From Faecousia sp. (GTDB lineage Bacteria > Bacillota > Clostridia > Oscillospirales > Oscillospiraceae), in assembly GCA_045596405.1 (NCBI GenBank), contig JAZOCJ010000036.1:1821-65820 (forward strand): a DNA stretch of 64,000 bases, given 5' to 3'. The notes under the pieces are model-generated. The model was given only the letters and a program-made list of their open reading frames with translations, was not told where the DNA came from and did not search any database. The translations under genes and the position numbers were made by a program. Positions 26,532 to 37,130 of the stretch are shown piece by piece; within the stretch, counting starts at the first letter, position 1; the number at the start of each line of letters is the position of its first letter.

Positions 26532-29500
26532 ATGACGATGTCGAAATTCAGCGTTAAAAAGCCGCTGACGGTATTTGTGGCAGTGATCGCGGTGCTGGTC
26601 CTGGGTGTGGTCGCTTATTTGAAGATGACCCCGGATCTGCTGCCCAATATGGACTTTCCCTATGTGGTAATTATGACCACCTATCCCGGCGCAAGCCCGG
26701 AAAAGGTGGAGGCGGAGCTGACCCGTCCTATGGAACAGGCCATGTCCACATTGGAGCATATCAAAGAGGTGACCTCCACCTCCGGTGAGAATTACAGTAT
26801 GGTCATGCTGGAATTCGAGGAGGGTGCGGATCTTAACACCATCGGCGTGGATATCCAGCAGAATATCAGCGTGCTGTCCGCTTCCTGGGATGAGATGGTA
26901 GGCACACCCTATGTACTGAAGATCAACCCGTCTCTGCTTCCTGTGGAGGTGGCGGCGGTGTCTATGGACGGGATGACTACTGTGGAGCTGACGGAGTTTC
27001 TCAACGAGACCCTGATGAACAAGCTGGAGGGTATCTCCGGTGTTGCTCAGATCTCTGCCTCCGGCGCGGTCTCCCAGCAGCTGCACGTGATCCTGGATCA
27101 GCAGAAGATCGATGCGCTCAATGAAAAGATCGCAGCGCTGATCAATGGGAAGATGGACGAGGCGCTGAACGAGCTGACGGCGCAGAAGCAGCAGCTGGAG
27201 GATGCCAAGAATCAGCTGGAAAAGGCCAAGGAGCAGATGGAAAGCGGCAAGCAGGAGCTCGCCGGTCAGACCTCCAAGGGCGAGGCGGAACTGAATCATC
27301 AGCAGGGACAGCTGATCGCCACCAAAGCAGAATTGCAAAACCAGCTTTCTCAGCTGAAGTCCACCAAGACCCAGCTGGAGATGATCCTGTCTGTGATCAA
27401 GACCCTCCAGTCCGGTATCGGGGAACTGGAGGAGCAGGCGGAGGGGATCCGCAAGGATCTGGAGATTCTGCTCGGTCTGCAAACAGATATGGAAGCGCTG
27501 CGTGGCACGCTGGAACGCTTTGAGGAGCAGATCGCCCAGATCCGAGGAGATTCCCAGCTTGATCAAGAGCAGATCGATAAGGCGGTAGCGGAAATCGTAA
27601 ACAGCGATGCCTACCGCCAGATGGAGGCTGCCTGGGCGCAGCTGGAAGCAGAACTGGCGGCCATGGGCTTAGATCCCGACGGCTTGCAGGATCGGATCGA
27701 ACAGCAGCAGGCGGCGCTGGAGGATCTTCAGAAGCGGCTGCAGGCGCTGGAGGAAATGCTCTCTGCCGAGGGACTGGACAAAGAATCCGTGAACACCAAG
27801 ATCGAAGAGCTGGAGGGGAATCTGGTTCAGATCGATGAAGGCATCAAGACCATAGAGGATGCCCTGGTGCAGATCGATAACGGTATGCTGCAGCTGAAGG
27901 ATGCGGCGGCACTGCTCAGCGAGCAGAAGACACTGGGTCTGCTGGAGCTGAGCAAGGGAGCGGCGGAGATCGCTGCCAACAGCGCCACCATTACCGGCGC
28001 GCTGACCCAGATCGAGGGCGGTCTGGATACCTTGGAGAAGACCCGGAAGGACACCCTTGCTCAGGCAGACCTGAGCAAGATGCTGACAATGGATATGGTG
28101 TCGTCTATCCTGACGGCGCAGAATTTCTCCATGCCCGCAGGCTATGTGGAGCAGGACGGCATCAGCTATATGGTATCCGTGGGCGAGAAGCTCACCACCT
28201 TGGAGGAAATTCAAGGCTTACTGCTGTTCGATATGGGTATGGAGGGAGTCGAACCCATCCTGCTGACCGATGTGGCGGCGGTAATGGTCACCGATAACCG
28301 GAACGAGACCTACGCCAGACTGGACGGGCAGGACAGCATCGTGCTGACCTTCCAGAAGCAGAGCACCTATGCCACTGCCGACACCACTAACCATATCAAT
28401 GACCGTTTCCGGGAACTGGAAGCGGAGTATCCCGGTCTGCACTTTGTGGCACTGATGAATCAGGGCGACTATATCTATATGATCGTGGAAAACATCGTCA
28501 GCAGCCTGCTGTTGGGTGCGATATTTGCGGTGCTGATCCTGTTCCTGTTCTTAAAGGATCTGCGTCCCACCTTTATCACCCTGTGTTCGATCCCTGTCAG
28601 TGTGATCTTTGCCATCGTGCTGATGTATTTCTCCGGGGTCACCATCAATATCATCTCCCTGTCCGGACTTGCGGTGTCCGTGGGTATGCTGGTGGATAAC
28701 TCGGTGGTGGTTATCGAAAATATCTACCGGCTGCGGGCAAAGGGCGCCAATGTGATCCAGGCGGCGGTATCCGGTGCTTCCCAGGTCGCCGGTGCGGTCA
28801 TCGCCTCCACCCTGACCACGGTTTGCGTGTTTATTCCCATCGTGTTCGTGGAGGGCATTACCAAGCAGCTGTTTACGGATCTGGCGCTGACCATGACCTA
28901 TTCGCTGCTGGCAAGTCTGATCGTTTCTCTGACGTTAGTGCCGGCAATGGCTTCGGGTATGCTCCGGAAAGCAAAGCAGACCCGGCAGCCCATCATGGAT
29001 AAATTCCTTTCCGCATACAGCAAAGCCGCCCAGTGGTCTCTGAATCATAAGGCGGTGGTGCTGATCGCCACGGCGGTGCTGCTGGTGGTCAGCTCCGTGG
29101 CAAGTGTTGCCAAGGGCTTTACCTTTATGCCCGAGATCGATATGCCCAACATTACTGTGAATATCACTATGCCCGAGGACGCCACTATGGAAGAAGCGGT
29201 GGGGTATGCGGATACGGTGCTGGAGCGGATCGGCAAGCTTGACGGCATTGCCACGGTGGGCGCTATGATGTCTTCCGGGGATGCTACGAGCCTGCTGGGC
29301 GGTGGCGGCGGAAGCTATGATGTGACCGCCTATATCACCTTGTCCGATGAAAGCGCCTCCGGTGCGGAAATGGGCAAAAAGATCGAGGAAGCTTGCGCGG
29401 ATCTGCCCTGTAAAGTCAGCGGCTCATCTGCGATGATGGATATGTCCATGCTCACCGGCAGCGGTATCTCTGTGCGCATTTACGCCGAGGATATGGAAAA

Positions 29501-30578
29501 GCTGCAAGCCGCCGCAAAGAAGGCGGCAGAGGTTTTGGGCAAGCTGGACGGCGTGACAGAGGTGTCCGACGGACTGGAGGATGCCGCCCCGGCACTGCAG
29601 GTAAAGATCGACCGGAACAAGGCTATGGCAAAGGGCATTACCGTTGCCCAGATCTATATGCAGCTGGCAGCGGCTATGCAGACCAGCACCACACAGCCGT
29701 CTCTGGAGCTGGACGGAACATCCACATCTGTGATCATTGAAAAGCCTGAGAGTGCCAAGCTGACACTGGACAGTCTGAAGACTTATCCGGTGGAGGTGAC
29801 CGGACGGGACGGCACTGTGACCACCTTCCCGCTGGAGGAGGTGGCGGAGCTGGTGGAGACCACCAGTCTCAGCTCCATCCAGCGGCTGAATCAGCGGCGT
29901 AACCTGTCCGTGACCGCACAGCTGGCAGAAGGGGAAAATGTGACCCTGCTGACCGCCCAGGCGGAGCAGGCGCTGAAAAAGGTAGATCTGGGCGAAGGCG
30001 TCAGCTATGAGTTCACCGGCGAGAATGAGATGATCATGGAGGCGGTGGAGCAGCTGCTGCTGATGCTGCTGCTGGGTGTGCTGCTGGTGTATCTGGTGAT
30101 GGTTGCCCAGTTCCAGTCCTTGAAATCTCCCTTTATCGTGATGTTTACCATCCCTCTGGCGTTCACCGGCGGCTTCCTGGCGCTGCTGATATGCGGCATG
30201 GAGGTCAGTGTTATTTCGCTGATTGGCTTTGTGATGCTCACCGGCATCATCGTGAACAACGGCATCGTGCTGGTGGACTATATCAATCAGCTGCGCAGGG
30301 AAGGTATGGAGCGAAGAGAGGCGATCATCGAGGCCGGCAAGACCAGAATGCGCCCGATCCTGATGACCACCATTACCACCATTCTGGGTCTTCTGGATAT
30401 GGCGCTGAGCAGGTCTGCGGGTACGGCGATGATGCAGCCCATGGCTATCGTTTGTATCGGCGGTCTGGCGTATGCTACCTTAATGACCCTGTTCGTAGTC
30501 CCCTGCATCTACGATATGATGAATAAAAAGGCGCTTCGTACCGTCCGGGAAGAAGACCTGAAGCTGCTGGATATGTAA
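26532..30578 (+). CDS. AcrB/AcrD/AcrF-family RND transporter with a long coiled-coil insertion
   Basis: YPGASPEKVE, GMLVDNSVVVIENIYR, GIIVNNGIVLVD, RMRPILMTT; ~330-aa heptad-rich insert. Confidence 0.93.
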   Translation: MTMSKFSVKKPLTVFVAVIAVLVLGVVAYLKMTPDLLPNMDFPYVVIMTTYPGASPEKVEAELTRPMEQAMSTLEHIKEVTSTSGENYSMVMLEFEEGADLNTIGVDIQQNISVLSASWDEMVGTPYVLKINPSLLPVEVAAVSMDGMTTVELTEFLNETLMNKLEGISGVAQISASGAVSQQLHVILDQQKIDALNEKIAALINGKMDEALNELTAQKQQLEDAKNQLEKAKEQMESGKQELAGQTSKGEAELNHQQGQLIATKAELQNQLSQLKSTKTQLEMILSVIKTLQSGIGELEEQAEGIRKDLEILLGLQTDMEALRGTLERFEEQIAQIRGDSQLDQEQIDKAVAEIVNSDAYRQMEAAWAQLEAELAAMGLDPDGLQDRIEQQQAALEDLQKRLQALEEMLSAEGLDKESVNTKIEELEGNLVQIDEGIKTIEDALVQIDNGMLQLKDAAALLSEQKTLGLLELSKGAAEIAANSATITGALTQIEGGLDTLEKTRKDTLAQADLSKMLTMDMVSSILTAQNFSMPAGYVEQDGISYMVSVGEKLTTLEEIQGLLLFDMGMEGVEPILLTDVAAVMVTDNRNETYARLDGQDSIVLTFQKQSTYATADTTNHINDRFRELEAEYPGLHFVALMNQGDYIYMIVENIVSSLLLGAIFAVLILFLFLKDLRPTFITLCSIPVSVIFAIVLMYFSGVTINIISLSGLAVSVGMLVDNSVVVIENIYRLRAKGANVIQAAVSGASQVAGAVIASTLTTVCVFIPIVFVEGITKQLFTDLALTMTYSLLASLIVSLTLVPAMASGMLRKAKQTRQPIMDKFLSAYSKAAQWSLNHKAVVLIATAVLLVVSSVASVAKGFTFMPEIDMPNITVNITMPEDATMEEAVGYADTVLERIGKLDGIATVGAMMSSGDATSLLGGGGGSYDVTAYITLSDESASGAEMGKKIEEACADLPCKVSGSSAMMDMSMLTGSGISVRIYAEDMEKLQAAAKKAAEVLGKLDGVTEVSDGLEDAAPALQVKIDRNKAMAKGITVAQIYMQLAAAMQTSTTQPSLELDGTSTSVIIEKPESAKLTLDSLKTYPVEVTGRDGTVTTFPLEEVAELVETTSLSSIQRLNQRRNLSVTAQLAEGENVTLLTAQAEQALKKVDLGEGVSYEFTGENEMIMEAVEQLLLMLLLGVLLVYLVMVAQFQSLKSPFIVMFTIPLAFTGGFLALLICGMEVSVISLIGFVMLTGIIVNNGIVLVDYINQLRREGMERREAIIEAGKTRMRPILMTTITTILGLLDMALSRSAGTAMMQPMAIVCIGGLAYATLMTLFVVPCIYDMMNKKALRTVREEDLKLLDM

Positions 30579-30582
30579 CAGG

Positions 30583-30614
30583 AAAAGAGACCGCCTGCAC
30601 GGCGGTCTCTTTTT
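30583..30614. terminator. Bidirectional terminator between RND gene and coaBC
   Basis: AAAAGAGACCGCC-TGCAC-GGCGGTCTCTTTT. Confidence 0.85.
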
Positions 30615-30617
30615 ATT

Positions 30618-31805
30618 TTATAAGGTCAGCGCCTTATCCAAAATCGCATTGGCAACGGATGCCTTGGATTGGAGCGGAAGCTCCGCTGTCTCGTCTTTGG
30701 TGATCAGGGTGATGCGGTTGGTATCCACACCGAAGCCTGCGCCGGATTCTTTCAGATTATTGGCGCAGATCATATCTGCGTTTTTCTTTAAGAGCTTTGC
30801 CCGGCTGTTCTCCACCAGATTCTGGGTCTCCATAGAGAAGCCGCAGATCACCTGTCCTGCCCGGCGGTGTTCCCCCAGATATTGCAAAATATCCTGAGTG
30901 CGCTTCAAAGAAAGGGAAAGCTCGCCGTCGGACTTTTTCTGTTTTTCCGTGTAGTACTGGGCGGGGGTATAATCTGCCACGGCGGCTGCCTTGAAAATAA
31001 AGTCTGCCCGGTCGCAGTTTGCTGCCACGGCATCGAACATATCCTGTGCGCTGGTGACAGGGACGACTTCCACAAAGGGAGACGGCTGCAGGGCGGTAGG
31101 TCCTGTGATCAGGGTGACCTCAGCGCCCCGGAGCATGGCCGCTTCCGCGATGGCGTAGCCCATTTTACCTGTGGAGGGATTGGTCAGAAAGCGTACCGGG
31201 TCTAAGCTTTCCCGGGTAGGACCGGCGGTGACCAAAACGCGTTTGCCCTGCAGGTCGTGGGGCATAGCAATTTCCCGAAGGATGTATTGCACCAGCACTT
31301 CCGGCTCGGGCAGCTTTCCTGCGCCCACTGCGCCGCAGGCCAGCCGACCGCTGGCAGGCGCGATCACTTCCCAGCCGTAGCGACGCAGCAGCGCCAGATT
31401 ATCCTGGGTCACCGGGTTTTCCAGCATATTGGTATTCATGGCCGGGGCGATGAGCTTGGGGCATTTGCAGGCAAGCACCGTGGTGGTCAGCATATCGTCA
31501 GCCAGACCGTGGGCAAGCTTTGCGCACACATTGGCGGTGGCGGGAGCGATGATCACCAGATCCGTGCGCTGCGCCAGAGAGATATGCTCCACCTGGTGTT
31601 GGAAGGTGCGGTCAAAGGTGTCTGTCATCACCCGCCTGCCGGTGAGCTGCTCGAAGGTCAGCGGGGTGATAAACTGGGTGGCGTTCCGGGTCATAATGAC
31701 TTCCACCGCGGCGTGAAGCTTCACAAGCATCGATGCCAGAGCCGCAGCCTTGTAGGCGGCGATGCCTCCGGTCACGCCCAGAAGCACAGTCTTTCCTGTC
31801 AGCAT
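30618..31805 (-). CDS. coaBC: Phosphopantothenoylcysteine decarboxylase/synthetase
   Basis: GVTGGIAAYK, APATAN, PAMN, TAGPTRESLDPVRF, STGKMG, AAVADY. Confidence 0.97.
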   Translation of the reverse strand: MLTGKTVLLGVTGGIAAYKAAALASMLVKLHAAVEVIMTRNATQFITPLTFEQLTGRRVMTDTFDRTFQHQVEHISLAQRTDLVIIAPATANVCAKLAHGLADDMLTTTVLACKCPKLIAPAMNTNMLENPVTQDNLALLRRYGWEVIAPASGRLACGAVGAGKLPEPEVLVQYILREIAMPHDLQGKRVLVTAGPTRESLDPVRFLTNPSTGKMGYAIAEAAMLRGAEVTLITGPTALQPSPFVEVVPVTSAQDMFDAVAANCDRADFIFKAAAVADYTPAQYYTEKQKKSDGELSLSLKRTQDILQYLGEHRRAGQVICGFSMETQNLVENSRAKLLKKNADMICANNLKESGAGFGVDTNRITLITKDETAELPLQSKASVANAILDKALTL

Positions 31806-31972
31806 AAAGGATTCCTCCTTAATGATTTTCATTTTTTTCTATTATATCGGGTATTTTGCTCCGTGTAAAGAGCAGAATTCTGACTTGAAATGCGCAAGGC
31901 TCTGGGGTATAATAAGCACGAAACAATGCGCGGCATTCTCTTTGGGAGAAGCGGCAGCAGGAGGAATTAAAT

Positions 31973-32593
31973 ATGAAAAAATCAAATGTACGGTATATGA
32001 CCATCCTGGCGATGCTTTCAGGTGTGCTGATCGTGATGGGAGCCACCGGTATCGGGTTTATTCCGCTTCCGGTGATCAAAGCCACCACCATGCACATCCC
32101 GGTGATCCTGGGCGCAGTGCTGTTAGGACCTGCGGCAGGCGGAATTTTAGGTGCGGTGTTTGGGTTATGCTCTATTTGGGCAAATACCACAACGCCGGGG
32201 CTGCTGAGCTTTGCCTTTTCCCCGTTTATGAGCACCACCGGCGCGGTTGGGGCGGTTAAAGCGGTGTGGATCGCATTGGGCTGCCGCATCCTGTTCGGCA
32301 TTGCCGCAGGCTGGCTGTGGCGGCTGCTGAAAAAGGGCAGGTGTAATGATCTGGTGGCACTGCCTGTGACTGCGGCGCTGTCCACCGTGTTGCACACAGT
32401 GCTGGTGATGGGCAGCATTTATGTGCTGCTGGCACAGCAGTATGCCGATGCCAAAAATGTGGCCATGTCTGCGGTGTTTGGTCTGGTGATGGGTACGGTG
32501 ACTGCCTCCGGCATTCCCGAGGCCATCGCGGCTGCGATCCTGGTCACTGTGATCGGAAAGGCGCTGCTGCGCATTTTCCGCAGCAAAACCTAA
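31973..32593 (+). CDS. panT: ECF transporter S component, pantothenate-type
   Basis: GIGFIPL..TTMHIPVILGA..FSPF..GIPEAI; lies between coaBC and coaX. Confidence 0.85.
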   Translation: MKKSNVRYMTILAMLSGVLIVMGATGIGFIPLPVIKATTMHIPVILGAVLLGPAAGGILGAVFGLCSIWANTTTPGLLSFAFSPFMSTTGAVGAVKAVWIALGCRILFGIAAGWLWRLLKKGRCNDLVALPVTAALSTVLHTVLVMGSIYVLLAQQYADAKNVAMSAVFGLVMGTVTASGIPEAIAAAILVTVIGKALLRIFRSKT

Positions 32594-32603
32594 GGAGGAA
32601 TTT

Positions 32604-33371
32604 ATGCTTCTTGCCATCGATATCGGGAATACCAACATTGTCATTGGCTGTATCAAGGATGATGCAATCAAGTTCAAGGCGCGGATTGCCACAGATTATA
32701 CCCGCACATCCGATCAGTACGGCGTGGAGATCAAGAATATGCTGGAGGCGTTTGGCGTGCAGCGGGAGGATATTTCGGACTGCATTATTTCGTCTGTTGT
32801 GCCCCCGGTGTTCCATTCGGTGCGCACCGGCGTGATCAAGGTCATCGGCAAGCAGCCTATGGTGGTCGGTCCGGGACTGAAGACCGGACTGGACATTCAG
32901 GTGGACTCCGCAGCCCAGGTGGGTAGTGACCGGATCGTCATCGCCGTGGCGGCGCTGGCAGAGTACGAAGCTCCGCTGATCCTTATGGATCTGGGAACTG
33001 CCACCACCATCGAGGTGGTGCAGCCGCCCCGCACATACATCGGCGGTGTGATCTATCCCGGCGTGCGGCTGTCTCTGGAAGCCCTCACCGGTCGGGCAGC
33101 CCAGCTTCCCGGCATCAGTCTGGAAAAGCCCAGACAGGTCATCGGCAGAAACACGGTGGACTGTATGCGCAGCGGTATGATGTTCGGCACAGCCGCGATG
33201 CTGGACGGCATTGTGGAACGGATGGAGCAGGAACTTGGACACCGCTGCACCCTGGTTGCCACCGGCGGTATGGCGCAGTTTATCGTCCCTCTGTGCAAGC
33301 GGGAGATCATTTTAGAGAAGGATCTGCTGCTGAAGGGTCTGAATATTCTTTATAAAAAGAATAAGAAGTGA
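32604..33371 (+). CDS. coaX: Type III pantothenate kinase
   Basis: AIDIGNTN, SSVVP, VGSDR, DLGTATT, ATGG. Confidence 0.97.
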   Translation: MLLAIDIGNTNIVIGCIKDDAIKFKARIATDYTRTSDQYGVEIKNMLEAFGVQREDISDCIISSVVPPVFHSVRTGVIKVIGKQPMVVGPGLKTGLDIQVDSAAQVGSDRIVIAVAALAEYEAPLILMDLGTATTIEVVQPPRTYIGGVIYPGVRLSLEALTGRAAQLPGISLEKPRQVIGRNTVDCMRSGMMFGTAAMLDGIVERMEQELGHRCTLVATGGMAQFIVPLCKREIILEKDLLLKGLNILYKKNKK

Positions 33372-33472
33372 GCCTGATTCCTTGGGACAACCCCAAAATT
33401 CTTGCTTTTTATAACCCTGTATGGTAGAATAGCCGTGATTATGGCTATTCTACCATTTTCTTTAGGAAGGAG

Positions 33473-35191
33473 GTGCGGTGGATGCGCCGAATGTTTGTTT
33501 TGCTGCTGGCAGCAGCGATCACAGTCTTACTGGCAATGCCGGTCTGCGCGGCTACGGACGCCAAAGGCGTAGCGGTCCATGCCACCGTATCGTCCGACAG
33601 CAGCTGTCAGGTGACGGTGACTGCCGACCTGCATCTGGAGCAGGCGCAGGAGAAGCTGACCTTCCCTGTGCCCAAGGATGCAGTCAATGTGACCCTGAAC
33701 GGCAACCGGGTGCGCACCTCTTCCCAGAACGGCGTCCGGCTGGTAGACCTGTCCAAGGTGGTGGGCAATGCTACCGGTAATTTTTCTGTCAGTATCCATT
33801 ACACTTTGAACGATGTGATCCATACCGATAAAAACGGTATTTTGCAGTTGCAGCTTCCGCTGCTGTCCGGCTTTGCTTACCCTGTGGAGACCATGGAATT
33901 TTCCGTGACCCTGCCCGGGGAGTTTTCCGGTATGCCGTCCTTTTCCAGCGGCTATCATCAGGCGGATATTGAGAAGCATATGACCTATAGCGTCAGCGGC
34001 GCTACTGTTTCCGGGTCGTTCCTGCAGGAACTGAAGGACCGGGAGACCCTGACTATGATCTTGGGCGTGACCGAGACGATGTTTCCCCAGTCGGTGATCG
34101 AGATCGGCGGCTATGACTTCGGCAAGAACGCCATGGTGGTCTGCGCGGTGCTGGCATTTTTGTACTGGCTGCTGTTTTTGCGGAATGTACCCATCTGGCG
34201 GGGAAAATATACCGTACCCCCGGAAGGGTACAGCGCCGGTGAGATGGGCTGTGTTCTGCATGTGCAGGGCGCAAACTTGAGCCTGATGGTGCTGACCTGG
34301 GCGCAGCTTGGGTATGTCCAGCTTCAGCGCGCTCAGTCCGGGCGGGTGCTGGTGCATAAACGAATGGATATGGGCAACGAGCGGGGCGAGACGGAACTGC
34401 GTGTTTTCCGCAAGCTGTTTGCCAGACGGGATACGGTGGATACCACCGGCACCCAGTATGCCCAGCTGTGTGAGCTGGCGGCGAAGAAGCCTGCGGGAAT
34501 TCGGGAACTGATCCATCCCCGCTCCGGCAATTTGCAGGTATTCCGGGGACTGTCCGCACTCATCGGTTTGTTTGGCGGTGTGACCTTGGCGGTATCGCTC
34601 AGCCAGGGTGCGGCACTGCAGCCGCTGGTGGTGTTTTTGCTGGCGGTGGCGGGCGGGGTCAGCGGCTGGTTGATCCAGAGCTGGGCAGGCGGACTGCTGC
34701 TGTATGATAAGGGTCGGCTGCGGCTGAGCCTTGCGTGCTGCGGCGTGTGGCTGCTGCTGGGCTTGATCGCGGGGCAGTTTAGCGTCAGCCTTTGGATGGT
34801 GGCGGGACTGCTCACTGCGGGCTTGCTCCTTGCCTTCGGCGGACGCCGGACAGATCTGGGACGGCAGATCCAATCGGAGGTTCTGGGACTGCGCAAATAC
34901 TTACGCACCGTTCCCAAACAGGAGCTTCAGCGCATCTGCGCCGGAAATCCGGAATATTTCTATTCGCTGATGCCCTATGCTATGGCACTGGGCGTGGGGA
35001 AAGCTTTTGCAAGACGGTTTGGAAAGGCGCGGCAGCCGGACTGCCCCTATATCTCCATAGGCAAAGAGACCTATATGACCGCTGTGGAATGGAGCAAGCT
35101 TATGACCCAGACGGTGGAATCCATGGATGCCAGAAGCCGGCAGATGCCCATGGAAAAGCTGATCGCCTTTGTCCGGGGACTCATTAAATAA
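33473..35191 (+). CDS. DUF2207-family membrane protein
   Basis: Signal peptide, beta-rich domain, TM helix, PPEG, WAQLGY, GLRKYL, LMPYAMALGV. Confidence 0.8.
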   Translation: MRWMRRMFVLLLAAAITVLLAMPVCAATDAKGVAVHATVSSDSSCQVTVTADLHLEQAQEKLTFPVPKDAVNVTLNGNRVRTSSQNGVRLVDLSKVVGNATGNFSVSIHYTLNDVIHTDKNGILQLQLPLLSGFAYPVETMEFSVTLPGEFSGMPSFSSGYHQADIEKHMTYSVSGATVSGSFLQELKDRETLTMILGVTETMFPQSVIEIGGYDFGKNAMVVCAVLAFLYWLLFLRNVPIWRGKYTVPPEGYSAGEMGCVLHVQGANLSLMVLTWAQLGYVQLQRAQSGRVLVHKRMDMGNERGETELRVFRKLFARRDTVDTTGTQYAQLCELAAKKPAGIRELIHPRSGNLQVFRGLSALIGLFGGVTLAVSLSQGAALQPLVVFLLAVAGGVSGWLIQSWAGGLLLYDKGRLRLSLACCGVWLLLGLIAGQFSVSLWMVAGLLTAGLLLAFGGRRTDLGRQIQSEVLGLRKYLRTVPKQELQRICAGNPEYFYSLMPYAMALGVGKAFARRFGKARQPDCPYISIGKETYMTAVEWSKLMTQTVESMDARSRQMPMEKLIAFVRGLIK

Positions 35192-35240
35192 AAAAGCAAG
35201 CACCTTAGGTGCTTGCTTTTTTTGCGTTATGCATCTGTAT

Positions 35241-36749
35241 TTATGCCGGGATCATCGGATTTCCCTGGTGGATGACTGGGTGAGGTATCGCAACAATCGC
35301 TTCGCCGATCTGTATATAGTCAATGTCTTCTGTAGGGATAGCCTTGGTTGACACATAGGTTGAAACGAATTCTCCATCATCTCCAAGAGCCCCATACGGG
35401 CCTAACACATTAATAACAGTTCCATTGGTTAGAACGACTTTTACATCTCTAAATTCTCCGGGTTCTTGTACCGCATCCGCGTCATAGGTGTACTGGAATG
35501 TTACAGTGGCTGCTTTAACAACAATGGAATGGATGGTAGCTTTTTGCTGTACATCATTCTTTGCTATGTAAACATTCTGCTTGACTGGACAATCTAACAG
35601 TTCTTTTCCTCCATTAACGAAGGAAGATATTAGTTGTGCGGCTGTTATTGGACTCTTCTCTAAGTAAATGATTTCCCCGGTTTTGTTATCTATTATGATA
35701 ATACTGCCGTTCAGTGGCTTTTTTACTATTATATTCCCATTGCTGTCGAGGATTTCCCCAATAGCACTGTGTGGATTTTTATTGTCACTGGTATTTGGAT
35801 TTGTAAGGAAGCAGCCCGCAACCATTACACAGATCGCGATGGCGGCAATGATAATCCACAAGGTAGGTTTTTTATAATTCATAACAGATTTTACACGCTC
35901 CTTTACACTAACCTCTCCAAAAGCGAGAGGGCAAGCCGCAATTCTACGGCGATGAATGCTATAATTAAGAAGTGTTGTAGAGTAAGCCCTCACTTCATCC
36001 TTTCCCATGCGCTTAATGGCTTTTTCGTCACAGGCTGTTTCAATATCCCTGCACAGGAGGATGTAGGCAAGCCAAAGAATTGGATTAAACCAATGCACGC
36101 TCAGGATAAAAAATCCGATAGGCTTCCACCAATGATCTTTGCGGTGAATGTGGGCTTGCTCATGGGCGATCACGTTCGCCATATCAACATTTGAAATGGC
36201 GTAAGGTAAATATATTTTGGGCTTGATAAAACCCAATACGAAGGGCGAGCCGACTTGTTCGCATTGCCATATATTATCCTGCAGGTGCGTTGCCTCTTCC
36301 ATCTTTTGATACAAAGTAAGATAGCTGGCTGCAGTATAGACAAACATCAAGACCATTCCCGCGAGCCATATCCAGCCAAGAACAGGGAATACGGTGTTGC
36401 CGATTGTTTTGGCTGGTTGCAAAGTCCCTTCTTCTGCCACGAAAGAACCGACGGGTTGCCGATTGGTTTCCGACGCACCAATATCATAGATTCCGATGGT
36501 TTCAACCTGACCAATATACATATTCTCAACATTGGAAAGGAGTTGCCCATTTGCAAGGTTGTCAGGGACAAGGGAGAGGTTACTTTCGATAGAGAACGGG
36601 CAAATGAGCCGTAGCGCCACCATGCCCCAAAGCAGGCAGAACACCCATCTGGGCGCCTTGCGAAAGACGTATCGAAGAAAAATCACTACAACGGCTAATA
36701 ATGAGCCAATCAAATTTAGTTTTGCCAATTCTAAAAACAGTTCTCGCAT
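35241..36749 (-). CDS. BlaR1/MecR1-like M56 peptidase with a non-penicillin-binding C-terminal domain
   Basis: LRLICP, SPFVLG, HEQAH, HWFNP, ETACD, LAFGE; AT-rich. Confidence 0.92.
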   Translation of the reverse strand: MRELFLELAKLNLIGSLLAVVVIFLRYVFRKAPRWVFCLLWGMVALRLICPFSIESNLSLVPDNLANGQLLSNVENMYIGQVETIGIYDIGASETNRQPVGSFVAEEGTLQPAKTIGNTVFPVLGWIWLAGMVLMFVYTAASYLTLYQKMEEATHLQDNIWQCEQVGSPFVLGFIKPKIYLPYAISNVDMANVIAHEQAHIHRKDHWWKPIGFFILSVHWFNPILWLAYILLCRDIETACDEKAIKRMGKDEVRAYSTTLLNYSIHRRRIAACPLAFGEVSVKERVKSVMNYKKPTLWIIIAAIAICVMVAGCFLTNPNTSDNKNPHSAIGEILDSNGNIIVKKPLNGSIIIIDNKTGEIIYLEKSPITAAQLISSFVNGGKELLDCPVKQNVYIAKNDVQQKATIHSIVVKAATVTFQYTYDADAVQEPGEFRDVKVVLTNGTVINVLGPYGALGDDGEFVSTYVSTKAIPTEDIDYIQIGEAIVAIPHPVIHQGNPMIPA

Positions 36750-36761
36750 ACCGGAACCTCG

Positions 36762-37112
36762 TTATCCTTGGATAATGCGTTGGATTTCCTCGATTTCCTT
36801 TTCCGTCAATGCCTGCCGTTTGCCAAAGGCTGCTATGAAGGCGGGAAGGGACCCCTCAAAGGTCTTGGTCATAAACTCGTCCAGTTCTGCCTGCTGAATC
36901 TGATCCTTGGAAAAAAGAGAAGTAACAATCTTGTTTTTTACCTTCAGCACTCCGCGCTCTTCCAATCGCTTCATAACCGTGTAGGCAGTGGTCTCTTTCC
37001 AGCCTAGTCGTTCTTTGCACAGACGCACAAGCTCCGGACTGCGAATCGGTTCCTTCTCCCACATAATCAGGCAGAATCTATATTCGCTTTCGTGTATCTT
37101 TGGTGTTTCCAT
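36762..37112 (-). CDS. BlaI/MecI/CopY-family repressor
   Basis: ESEYRF..W..WKETTAYTVMKRL..FEGSLPAFIAAF. Confidence 0.93.
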   Translation of the reverse strand: METPKIHESEYRFCLIMWEKEPIRSPELVRLCKERLGWKETTAYTVMKRLEERGVLKVKNKIVTSLFSKDQIQQAELDEFMTKTFEGSLPAFIAAFGKRQALTEKEIEEIQRIIQG

Positions 37113-37130
37113 AATAAGGCCCCTCTCTTC

